Source: Sedimentisphaerales bacterium
Lineage (GTDB): Bacteria; Planctomycetota; Phycisphaerae; Sedimentisphaerales; Anaerobacaceae
Length of the DNA: 64,000 nucleotides
Assembly: GCA_963708075.1 (NCBI GenBank)
Contig: OY970194.1
Location: forward strand, 6,816,001-6,880,000
Direction: 5' to 3'
Below are positions 40,677 through 50,270 of the stretch, one piece after another; the first letter of the stretch is position 1; every line of letters starts with the position of its first letter. A model generated the notes under the pieces. The model saw nothing but the letters and a program-made list of their open reading frames with translations, was not told where the DNA came from and did not search any database. A program made the translations under genes and the position numbers.

Positions 40677-40696
40677 CAGGGGTTGTGGTTGGCTGT
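40677..40696 (+). repeat. Degenerate direct repeat of tRNA-Thr 3' end (candidate att site)
   Basis: CAGGGGTTGTG+GTTGGCTGT matches 11427-11437 and 11453-11461, with the intervening T-loop segment missing. Confidence 0.65.
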
Positions 40697-40705
40697 GGAA
40701 TCTCC

Positions 40706-41926
40706 TCAGGGCGTGGACGCGAGTTTACTCACCTCCGTCCAGACGCGGAGGAAGTTCTCGGCGCAGATTTTCTTCAGGTCCTCCTCGCTGTAGCCTCGCT
40801 TGAGCAGTTCGTAGATCAGATTCGGATAGCCGGAAACGTCCTCCAGGCCTTCGGGCACCTGTTCGACGCCGTCGAAGTCGGAGCCGAGGCCGACGTGCTC
40901 GATGCCGACCAGCTTGACGACGTGGTCCATGTGCTCGGCGACCTGCGAAACGTGCGCCTTGGTGAATTGGGCCTGCTCGAAACGTTGCCTGGTGTAGTTG
41001 GTCTTCTCCTCGCCTTGCAGGTTGTGCGTCTCGACGTACCGGCGGATCTCCTCACGGAGCTTCACGAACTCGCGGTTGGTCGTGGCGTTGAGGAAGATGG
41101 AGCCGAAGTTGATCTGGATGACGCCGCCTTTGGCCGCCAGATCGCGGATCATCTCGTCGCTCATATTGCGATGCCAGCCCGGCGTGAAGTGGCGGCAGCT
41201 CGAATGCGTCGCCACCACCGGCGCCTTGGATAGCTCGATAACCTGGTAAAAGGTGTCATCGGAGACGTGCGAGACATCGATCATCATCCCCAGGCGGTTC
41301 ATCTCGGCGACGACCTGCCTGCCGAACGGGCTCAAGCCGTGCCATTTCGGGCCCTGGTCGAAGGAGGAATCACAGAGATGGTTGTTCTTGGAGTGCGTCA
41401 GCGTGATGTACCGCGCGCCGCGGTCGTAGAAGTATTTGAGATTCTTCAGGTCGTCTTCAAGGGCAGAGCCGTTTTCGATGGCCGGAACGAGCGCGACCCG
41501 GTTCCCGTCGGACTGTGCCCGGATTTCCTGTGGCGAGCATGCCAGGACGAACTTGTCCGGCCACTTCTGAACGTAGCCCTTGACCTCCTCGATCATCTGG
41601 TCGGCCAGCGCGTGGGCGCCGCCTTTCTCTTCGTAGTCGGGTGGAATGTAGGCGACCATGAACGCCGCATTGAGCCCGCCTTGCCTGGCCCGGATGTAGT
41701 CGAACTGTCCCTTTTCCGCCCTCGTGGAGATATCGTACCACGTCTTGCGGACCTCGTACGGCGTATCCAGGTGCGTGTCTATGATCAGCAGCTTCTGGGC
41801 CAATCGCTGAGCTCGGCTCTTCAGCTCGACATCCGTTTCGCCCCGGGCGACCTGCGGGCCGCACAAGTTCAGCACAACCGGCAACATCACTGTGAACTGC
41901 AATGCAATCACCTTTCCTAAACACAT
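40706..41926 (-). CDS. Membrane dipeptidase (M19 family)
   Basis: IDTHLDT, IENG, RYITLTH, EMNRLGMMIDVSH, ATHS, HVGLGSDFDG, NFLRV. Confidence 0.93.
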   Translation of the reverse strand: MCLGKVIALQFTVMLPVVLNLCGPQVARGETDVELKSRAQRLAQKLLIIDTHLDTPYEVRKTWYDISTRAEKGQFDYIRARQGGLNAAFMVAYIPPDYEEKGGAHALADQMIEEVKGYVQKWPDKFVLACSPQEIRAQSDGNRVALVPAIENGSALEDDLKNLKYFYDRGARYITLTHSKNNHLCDSSFDQGPKWHGLSPFGRQVVAEMNRLGMMIDVSHVSDDTFYQVIELSKAPVVATHSSCRHFTPGWHRNMSDEMIRDLAAKGGVIQINFGSIFLNATTNREFVKLREEIRRYVETHNLQGEEKTNYTRQRFEQAQFTKAHVSQVAEHMDHVVKLVGIEHVGLGSDFDGVEQVPEGLEDVSGYPNLIYELLKRGYSEEDLKKICAENFLRVWTEVSKLASTP

Positions 41927-41932
41927 ACCCGC

Positions 41933-43396
41933 TTATTCTCCGGCACACATGGCGTTCATCGACTCCAGACTCGACAGATATATCCCCTTCGAGTAATTCT
42001 CCAGCAGCCGCATCGCGGATGCTTTGTCCGTTTCGTACAGCTTGCGGGCGGCCCGCTCAATAGAGGGCTGCATCGCGACAGCCTCCCGCTCCAGGCGTTC
42101 CGCCTCCGCCTTTGTCCGTGCGACCATCGCGGGGCCGGCAGTATCGGCCTTGTCGCGGAAATTGGAGTAGACCCAGAACGCTTCCTGCGCGTTCGCGGCG
42201 AAGGGAGCTTGTACCCGGCGTGTATAAGTCTCGCCTGTCGGCCTCTCGGATTCCAGACGCCAGCCTGCGGGGAAACCGCTGATACCAAAGTGGAACGGGA
42301 TGTAGAAGGAGGTCCTCGGCGAGGCGAGACAGACCCAGTACACGAGGCCGATGTCCATGGGAGCGGTCTTTCTCAACTGGGCGACGAAGCTCGTTTGCGT
42401 TCCGCCGCTGCACAGGGCGCAGATGAAAGGCGAGGTACGGGCGGAGGGCTCGGGCTCGCTCTCTTTGTCGTGGCGCAGAATTCGCATCACGTCGGTGACG
42501 CTGAGCTTCTGTCGCGGCACGACCGAGAAGGGCAGGCGGGGCCCGGGCTCCAGCGGCTCGGCGGCGACGTATTTCAATCCACTCCATTGCCGGCCTATGT
42601 TGTTCGGGTGCGAGGCCGCCTTGGGATTGGCGTAAACGGCGGCGAAATCGAAGGTACCACCAGCAGCAGACTTGTACCAGCCCCGCGACTCTGCGTACTC
42701 GACGATGTCTTTGGAGGCGAGGCAGTTCCTGTCGTCCTTCAGATCGACATTGCGGACCGTGTAGGTATTGGCCACCATGGCGACTTCGTTGTCCGGCACG
42801 CGCTGAGCGAGCCAGTGCTTGCCATTTACGACGCAGAAGAGCCAGCCCTCGCCGGGATCGGCGATGATGTAGGTCCGGCCGGAATCGATGTAGCCGAATC
42901 GCTCCACGAGGCTGCCGGCCAGCAGGACGCCTTCCCTCGCCGTACGGGCGCGCTCCGCCACGAGTCGCCGGAGCATGTAGCCGATGCCGCCATCGCTGAT
43001 CTCCGGCTGGTCTTCACGTGACGGACAGTTATCTGATGCGACCGTCACGCCCCACTCGTTGACATAGCTGTCGGAAAAGAGCAGCCCGGGCATCTCCGAC
43101 CAGATGTAGGCCCAGGTCTGCGGGACCTGTTCCAGCGAGCCGCCGTTACGCAACTTCACCACGGCGCCGGCCGGATACGTGTGCCGGGATACCTTATGGT
43201 GGTTGACGATCTGCGGGGCCTCGTCGTCTTCGTTGTGACCGACGATCACGCAGCCGTCCGCTGAGACGTCCTTGCCGACGACGATGGAGAAGCACGCCCC
43301 GCACGGCACGGCTGCCGTCAACAGTGCACAGGTCAGAACGATCAAAATGATATAGCGGGGCAAGCCCCACCCCACGGGCTTTCGCCTCATGTTCAC
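41933..43396 (-). CDS. C69 family dipeptidase (Ntn hydrolase)
   Basis: Signal peptide then CFSIVVGKDVSADG..IVGHNED; NEWGV; ERARTAREGV; IADPGEGW. Confidence 0.88.
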   Translation of the reverse strand: MNMRRKPVGWGLPRYIILIVLTCALLTAAVPCGACFSIVVGKDVSADGCVIVGHNEDDEAPQIVNHHKVSRHTYPAGAVVKLRNGGSLEQVPQTWAYIWSEMPGLLFSDSYVNEWGVTVASDNCPSREDQPEISDGGIGYMLRRLVAERARTAREGVLLAGSLVERFGYIDSGRTYIIADPGEGWLFCVVNGKHWLAQRVPDNEVAMVANTYTVRNVDLKDDRNCLASKDIVEYAESRGWYKSAAGGTFDFAAVYANPKAASHPNNIGRQWSGLKYVAAEPLEPGPRLPFSVVPRQKLSVTDVMRILRHDKESEPEPSARTSPFICALCSGGTQTSFVAQLRKTAPMDIGLVYWVCLASPRTSFYIPFHFGISGFPAGWRLESERPTGETYTRRVQAPFAANAQEAFWVYSNFRDKADTAGPAMVARTKAEAERLEREAVAMQPSIERAARKLYETDKASAMRLLENYSKGIYLSSLESMNAMCAGE

Positions 43397-43400
43397 ATCC

Positions 43401-44714
43401 TTATTGCGTGGCGGGTGTTCTTAGAGTCTCTCCCGCGGCAACGGCTCCTCCCTGTGCAGGCACGGCGTTGAGCTGGCCTTCGGTGGAAGCAATCACCATG
43501 GTGCATACGGAGTCGCCGGTCACATTCACCACCGTGCGGCACATGTCTAAGAATCGATCCACGCCCATGATGATGCCGATGCCCTGGAGCGGGACGCCGA
43601 TACTACGCAGCACCATGGCAAGCATAATGACACCGGCCCCGGGGATGCCGGTGGTTCCCAGAGAGGCCAGCGTGGCGGTCAGGACAATCGTCAACTGCTG
43701 CCCGAACGTCAGGTCAATGCCGTAGAACTGGGCCAGGAACACGGCGGCCACACCCTGGTAGAGGGCCGTGCCGTCCATGTTGATGCTGGCCCCGAGCGAC
43801 AGCATGAAACTGCTGATGCTCCGGGAAACGCCAAGGTTCTCCGTGACACACTTGATCGTCACGGGCAACGTGGCCGAGCTCGATGAGGAGCTGAAGGCCA
43901 CCAACTGCGCCGGGCGGATGCCTCGGAAGAACTTGACAGGGCTCGTCTTCGCGAGGATTCTCACGATCGCGGACTGAACGAGAAGCATGTATGTGAGCAA
44001 TCCGAGCAGGACTACTCCACAGTACTTGGCGAGCATCACTATGATCCCGAGGCCGAAATCCGCGACGACAGCGGCAATCAGCGCGAACACGCCGTACGGC
44101 GCGATCTGCATGATGACGTGCACCATCTTTACGAAGATCTCGTTGATGCCTTCGAAGAATTGAACGACCGGCTTGCTGCGCTCCGGCGGGATCAGTGTCA
44201 GGCAAACGCCCATCAGCACGGCGAAGAAGATGATCTGAAGCATTTCGCCGTCTGCGAGGGACCGGACCGGGTTGGTGGGGATGATGTTCAGAAGCAGGTC
44301 CCTGACGGACGGCCTTTCGAGGGCGGGCCCGGCGGGGGAGGTCGTCTGTTTGCCGGCCCCATCGATCAATAGTTGTTTCGTATCCTGAGAAAAGCCGACA
44401 CCGGGCCGACCGATGTTGGCGAACAGCAGGCCGATGCTTACGGCGATGGCGGTCATGGACACATAGAGCGTCAGGGTTCGGATTCCGATTCTGCCGAGGC
44501 TTCTCAGATCCTTCAGGCTCGTCGTGCCCACGACCAGAGAGGCGAAGACCAGTGGCACGACGACCATGCTGATGAGCTTGATGAACGCCGTCCCTATCGG
44601 CCGGACCCAGGTGGTTACGAACTCCGTGAACCCAAAGCGATTGGCCGCAAATCCGAAAATGGTCCCGAGGGCCAGGGCCAGCAGTATCTTTGTATGCATT
44701 TGCAGTCTGGGCAT
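43401..44714 (-). CDS. Dicarboxylate/amino acid:cation symporter (DAACS, GltP-like)
   Basis: FIKLISMVVVPLVF, AFSSSSSSATLP, GASINMDGT, GVDRFLDMCRTVVNV.GD. Confidence 0.93.
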   Translation of the reverse strand: MPRLQMHTKILLALALGTIFGFAANRFGFTEFVTTWVRPIGTAFIKLISMVVVPLVFASLVVGTTSLKDLRSLGRIGIRTLTLYVSMTAIAVSIGLLFANIGRPGVGFSQDTKQLLIDGAGKQTTSPAGPALERPSVRDLLLNIIPTNPVRSLADGEMLQIIFFAVLMGVCLTLIPPERSKPVVQFFEGINEIFVKMVHVIMQIAPYGVFALIAAVVADFGLGIIVMLAKYCGVVLLGLLTYMLLVQSAIVRILAKTSPVKFFRGIRPAQLVAFSSSSSSATLPVTIKCVTENLGVSRSISSFMLSLGASINMDGTALYQGVAAVFLAQFYGIDLTFGQQLTIVLTATLASLGTTGIPGAGVIMLAMVLRSIGVPLQGIGIIMGVDRFLDMCRTVVNVTGDSVCTMVIASTEGQLNAVPAQGGAVAAGETLRTPATQ

Positions 44715-44747
44715 TGACGTCAGATCTCCAACATGCCTTCGCCGGGG

Positions 44748-45542
44748 CTACGGCTGTTTCGTCGCGGCCTGGATGAGCGCGCCGTAGATCGCGTTGCGGT
44801 GGGCCAGGTCGGTCATGGCCTCGGGGTGCCACTGCACGAACAGGCCGAACTTGCCGTCGGTGCGTTCCAGAGCCTCCGCCACCCCGTCCTCGCTGCGTGC
44901 GATCACCCGCAGATTCTTTCCCAGGCCGTCCACAGCCTGGTGATGGCTTGACAGGACAGACGCTTCATGGTTCTTGAGCAATCGGGCCAGGAGGCTGTCG
45001 GGATCGATCCGGACACGATGGTAAGCTCGATGATTGACCTTCGTGCCGATCTCGGAGGGGATGTCCTGAACCATCGTGCCGCCGGCGACGACATTCGTGA
45101 ATTGCATGCCCAGGCACACGCCGAGCAGGGGCTTGCCGCCGTCGAGCCATCGGGCGATCAGTTTTCGCTCGAACTCACACCGGTGCTTCTCCAGAGGCTC
45201 AACCGTCTCGTGTGCCTTTTCACCGTACATCTCAGGCGGAATATCATCTCCGCCGATCAGCACCAGGCCATCGAGCACCTCCAGGTACTTCTGGAGAATC
45301 GATTCATCGTCAATCGTCGGCAGCACCACGGGCACGCCGCCATTCTCGGCCACGGCCGCAGCGTAGGCAAAAGTCACGGTCGTCTGGGCCGGCTTCTTCT
45401 CCTTCGCCGGCTCATAAACGCTCGTGATGCCGATGATCGGTCTGGAAGGCGCCTGGACCTGTCGGCATCCGCCGGCGGTCCAGAAAAGGCAAGCACATAG
45501 GGCCAAAACTGCTGCGTTTGTGACGTGCTTCGCATTCCTCAT
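44748..45542 (-). CDS. Gamma-glutamyl hydrolase-like peptidase C26 (PuuD-like), probable lipoprotein
   Basis: RPIIGIT, DGLVLIGGDDI, LGVCLGMQ, SHHQAV, VQWHPE; N-terminal hydrophobic stretch ending TAGGC. Confidence 0.88.
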   Translation of the reverse strand: MRNAKHVTNAAVLALCACLFWTAGGCRQVQAPSRPIIGITSVYEPAKEKKPAQTTVTFAYAAAVAENGGVPVVLPTIDDESILQKYLEVLDGLVLIGGDDIPPEMYGEKAHETVEPLEKHRCEFERKLIARWLDGGKPLLGVCLGMQFTNVVAGGTMVQDIPSEIGTKVNHRAYHRVRIDPDSLLARLLKNHEASVLSSHHQAVDGLGKNLRVIARSEDGVAEALERTDGKFGLFVQWHPEAMTDLAHRNAIYGALIQAATKQP

Positions 45543-45735
45543 GGCTGACCCCTGTCCCACGGACTATATCTATCGGGTAGAGCAGACCACTCTACGTGGC
45601 CGCCAGCTTACCGTCTTGGGCATTGCCTGTCCATACGCAGCCTTGCAGGGCCTGGCGTGCGAGAAGGAGCCGATTTCCAAATATCCGGCAGGCGAACAGA
45701 CATTTCGGTTTCTTCCGTCCGTCGCTACAAAGTTC

Positions 45736-45764
45736 TTGCGGCTTGCGGGGGATTCTGGTATTAT
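45736..45764 (+). promoter_or_regulatory. Putative sigma70 promoter
   Basis: TTGCGG-N17-TATTAT upstream of 45896. Confidence 0.45.
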
Positions 45765-45895
45765 GGGTCCGAGCGTGGAGGCACGCCGTCTATGAGGTCT
45801 GCACGAGAGATGTCGGGTGAAGCGGCTCGGCGCGGAATGAGCCGACGCGGGTCGTGACGCCTGTGATTTCAAGGGAGCTTTGAAGGAGGACCATC

Positions 45896-48532
45896 ATGTG
45901 GCGCAAATCAATCTATCTGGCAGCATTCGTGGCTGTGGGTCTGTTGGCTGTGCCATCGCTGACCCATGCACAAGTGACGAACCTGGCACCGAATCCGAGT
46001 TTCGAGGAGGACGAGCCTGTCCTGGACGACGCGAGTTGGACGGCTTGGTGCACCTGGAATGATGCGGCCGGTACAGGCAGCACGGCCAAGTTCGATGACA
46101 CCGAAGCCGTCGACGGCTTGAGGAGTCTCAGGGTCGATCCCAAGGGCGGCACCGACTGGTATTTCATCGTGGCACTGATCTCCATGCCGGGCAAGGTTGG
46201 CACGAAGTACACCGCCAGCTTCTGGGCCAAGGCGCAGGAGCCGCGCCCTTCGGCGCGCAGTTCAAGTCGGCGGACAACTCCGTCACCTGGGGCGGGACCT
46301 CCTTTCAACTGACGCAGGAATGGGCGGAGTATTACTTCACCGTTGCGGCCCAGAACGCCGACATCAAGCTCGAGTTCCTCTGTGCCGCTTCGACGGCGCC
46401 GTTCTGGCTGGATTTCGTGTCCTTCTATGAGGGCGAGTACGTTCCGGGCATTACGCCGCCGGGAGCGGGACCGCGGCCGAAGGCCTTCATGCCGGATCCG
46501 AAGGTCGATACCATAATCGATCAGACGTGGGTCAAGCTCGGCTGGAAACCCGGGGATTTCGCGGTGTCGCACAAGGTGTACTTCGGGGACAGCCTGGAGG
46601 CCGTGGACGGGGGGCAGGTGCAGCCCATGGACACGACGGGCACCTCTCTTGAGCTTGGACGCAAAGCGCCGTACGCGACCGCACTGACTCCGGGCAAGAC
46701 CTACTACTGGCGCGTCGATGAAGTCAATAACGCCGATCCCGCCAGTCCATGGAAAGGCGATGTCTGGAGTTTCCGGGTCCGGCCTGCACTCGCCTGGAAT
46801 CCTGTGCCCGGCGACGGGATCAAGTACGTTGATCCCAATCAGGACCTGGCCTGGGAGTACGGCTTGGGCAGCGTCTTCCACACGGTGTATTTCGGCGAGA
46901 GCCTTGAGAACCGTCAGCACGGCCACAACCGACGGCCAGCCGACCATGGCTGCCACATCTGATCCCGGGGCGTTGAAGATCGCCACGACGTACTATTGGC
47001 GAGTTGATGAATATGTGAGCGGGGTGTTCCGCAAAGGCGATGTCTGGAGCTTCACGACGGTTCCTGAAATCGCGGTCACGAACCCGGACCTGCTCGGCTG
47101 GTGGACGCTCGATGAGGGCATGGGGACCACAGCGATGGATTGGTCCGGTCACGGCAAGCACGGCCGGATCATCGGCAGTGCGAAATGGACCTATGGGGTT
47201 CACGACGGCGCGCTGTACCTGGCCAATGGGGCGAGCGTGGAGATCCCGGCACTCAACGTGAGCACCAATACGGTGACGATGACGGCCTGGGTCAAGAGAG
47301 ACGGCAGCCAGTCGGATTGGTCCGGGGTGCTCTTCAAGAGAGAGGGCGGAGCGTTGGGCATGGGCTTCGGTCCGGCCAACGAGCTGCGATACCATTGGAC
47401 CGACAAGTATTGGGACTATGTCACCGGGATCGTCCCGCCGGACCAGGAATGGTTCTTCATGGCCCTGGTCATCGAGCCGACACAGGGCACCTTGTACCTC
47501 AACGGCACCGACACATTCGCACAGAACAAGGCGGCCCACGACCCGGATCCGTTCAGCGGAACTCTGGTGATCGGTCGAGACCCGCAGGGTAGCCGGGACC
47601 TGAAGGGAACCGTGGACGACGTCCGGTTCTACAACAAGGCGTTGAGCGCGGCCGAGATCAAGGCGGTCATGCGTGGCGATCCGTCGCGGGCGTGGGGTCC
47701 CACACCGGCGGCTGATGCCGTTCTGGATATCAGAAATGTGGATTCCTTGAGCTGGTCGGCAGGCGATGGGGCCGCGACTCATGACGTGTACTTCGGCAAG
47801 GACAGGAAGGCCGTCACGGACGCAGATCACAGCTCGCCCGCGTACAAAGGCAATCAGGCGGCGACGGGCTTTTCCCTGGCGGCGCTTGTCGATATCAATG
47901 CCGGTGACTGCTTCTGGCGCATCGACGAAGTCGAGGCCGGCGGAACCATCCATAAGGGCAATGTCTGGCAGTTCACGGTCCTGCCGTACCTGCTCGTCGA
48001 TGATTTCGAGAGCTACACGAACGAGTCCCCGAACCGGCTGTTCCAGACTTGGATCGACGGGGCGGGCTTCTCGCCGGATGATTTCTTCCCGAAGGGCAAC
48101 GCGGGCAACGCCTCGGGCGCGCTCGTCGGCTACGATCCTCAGGCCGGCACCATCGTGGAGACCCGCATCGTCCATGGCGGCAGCCAGTCCATGCCGATCG
48201 CATATGACAACAGCGCCGCACCGAAGTACTCCGAGGCCGAACGCACGTTCTCGCCCGCCGAGAACTGGACGGTCGCCGGAGTCACGACCCTGGTTGTGCA
48301 CTTCCGCGGCGCCCCGGACAACACGGGCCAACTGTACGCGAAGATCAATGGCACGAAGGTGCTCTACAAGGGTGACGCCGCCGACATCGCGGGCACCACG
48401 TGGGTGGCGTGGAATATCGACCTCGCCTCCGCCGGCGTGAGCCCGGCCAGCATCAGGACACTGGCCATCGGCATCGACGGCGGCCAGACGGGGACCCTGT
48501 ATATCGACGATATCCGCGTGATCAAGCCGTAA
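45896..48532 (+). CDS. Secreted CBM4/9-like + LamG modular protein; frameshifts near 46247 and 46910
   Basis: Pieces: NLAPNPSFE...YTASFWAKA; TYYWRVDEVN modules; LLGWWTLDEG...VDDVRFYNKAL; C-terminal VDDFESY...LYIDDI. Confidence 0.8.
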
Positions 48533-48577
48533 GGCCGGATCGTGGATAGTATCGTCGAGGGTCCATCAGACGAGTAC

Positions 48578-48609
48578 CAAGGGGCTGCGACATTATGTGC
48601 AGCCCCTTG
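48578..48609. terminator. Probable bidirectional terminator between convergent genes
   Basis: CAAGGGGCTGC / GCAGCCCCTTG stem followed by ctgtttt. Confidence 0.7.
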
Positions 48610-48634
48610 CTGTTTTCGGATACGCGGCCAATCG

Positions 48635-50228
48635 TCAATCCCCAGGCTCGGCGCCGACGATGCCATCGGACCAGCGGGTCAGGGTCAAGGGGTCGTGGCC
48701 GGGAATGACGATGTCTGCGAGGGAGCGGATTTTCGCCATGGCCTGCCGGCAGGCGGATTCATCGGGGCTGCGCGGGCCGGTCCTTCTCGATGTTCTCGTA
48801 TTTATAGACGACGTCGCCCGCGAGCACGGCCGGGCCCATGTGGGTCTGCACGAGCACGCCCTGGCTGCCGGTGCTGTGACAGCCGAGCGGGAAGACCCGT
48901 ACGCCGGGGAGGATCTCGTCATCCTCAACGAGTTGAAGGGCTTCGGGACGCTTTGAGAGAGCACCTTTCACATCGGGGGCAATGTGAGCTTCCGCCTCCT
49001 CGTACTCGCGGCGGTTGACGATGAGCTTCGCATTGGGGAAGGCGTCGAAGTAGTCGTAATGGTCGGCGTGCAGGTGCGTGGCGATGACGTGACTGACGGC
49101 GGCCGGGTCGATCCCGTGTCGCTTCAGGGCCTCGGGCGTCCGCTCCTCCGGAAGTTGCTTCACACCGCCGGGGATGTATTGGGCCGTGCCTTTACTGAAT
49201 TCCTCGGGGTACTTCGGGCCGGTGTCCACGAGAATCGGGCGCGGGCCGCCCTCGATCACCCAGACGTAGAGATAGTACTTGCTTGTCTCCTGACTGTCGC
49301 TGTCCTGGAACGTGATGTAGTCGCGGACCTGGCACTCGCCCACCTTGATCGCGCGGATCGTGTACCTGGGTGCGTTCGCCGGAGCAGGGGGCCAGCGGTC
49401 CGGCGTGCCGGGATCGTGACTGGGCAGTACGATGTCCGCCTTGGCGCGGACCTTCTCGATAGCGGCCTTGCATTGATTGAGATCGTCAAACACGCCAGGC
49501 GGAATGTTGCGCTCGAAGTTGGCCAGCAGGGAAATCGTATCGCCCGTGAGTACGGCCCAGCCCTGATCGGTCCGGACCCGATAGGCCGTCGAGCCCGGCG
49601 TGTGCCCGCCGATCCAGAATGACTCGATTCCCGGCAGGACCGCCTGGTCCTCCACGAGCACCAGCCGGCTGCGGCACTGGGGGTCGTTCAGGAACGCATC
49701 CATCATCGGCCCGTGACCCCAACTCGGGCTCTGGCCTGTCGCGCCCTCCCATTCCTTCTTGCCGACGTAGACCTTCGCATTTTTGTACAGTGGCAGATCA
49801 TCGACGTGGTCGAAGTGCATATGCGTGATGAAAATATGCCCGATATCCTCAGGCGCGAGGCCGAACTTGCGTAATTGGGCCCGGCTGCTCTCTTGTTCGC
49901 TCTGCGCGATCGGCTCGCGAAGCACGTGAGCGGCGCCGCGATTCATCTCCGCGACATTCGTAAGCCCCGCGTCCACCAGAATGGGCTTGTCCCCGCCGAG
50001 GATCAGCCAGAGGTACAGCGCGTAGCCGTACGTCTCGGCGTTGTTGCCGCCGTAGAATGCGTGATTCCCCGCGAGTTTGCACACGCCGTTGCGCAATGGG
50101 TAGATCCGGTACGCTGGCCCCTTTGTTTCACTGGCCGCGCTCGTCGGCAGTGTAATCAGCACTGACAGCAGTACCATCAGCCGAATTATAGGGTGGGCTG
50201 TGCCCACCAATTCATTGTGCATTTGCAT
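48635..50228 (-). CDS. Tandem double metallo-beta-lactamase-fold protein (N-acyl-homoserine lactonase family); frameshift near 48775
   Basis: Domain 1 THMHFDH..GHTPGS..GD..PSHD; domain 2 THLHADH..CHSTGS..GD..PGHD (last motif in the shifted frame); signal-like N-terminus. Confidence 0.8.
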
Positions 50229-50263
50229 CTCCCATCAGGAACATGGTGGGCACAGCCCACCCT
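50190..50263. repeat. REP-like perfect 20-bp inverted repeat (family C)
   Basis: AGGGTGGGCTGTGCCCACCA (50190-50209) / TGGTGGGCACAGCCCACCCT (50244-50263). Confidence 0.8.
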
Positions 50264-50270
50264 GCGAGAC

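Larger units (their letters stand above)
11460..40696. mobile_element. Candidate decayed tRNA-Thr-integrated genomic island carrying a glycan-utilisation locus
   Basis: Split copy of tRNA 3' end at 40677-40696; shared 11-mer and inverted 8-mer near both ends; integrase-tail-like remnant by the tRNA; no intact integrase. Confidence 0.6.

Noticed and set aside
17980..45895. Shared TGAAGGAGGA upstream of 17977, 38329 and 45896 as a regulator site
   Set aside because: Position and sequence are explained by a strong Shine-Dalgarno.
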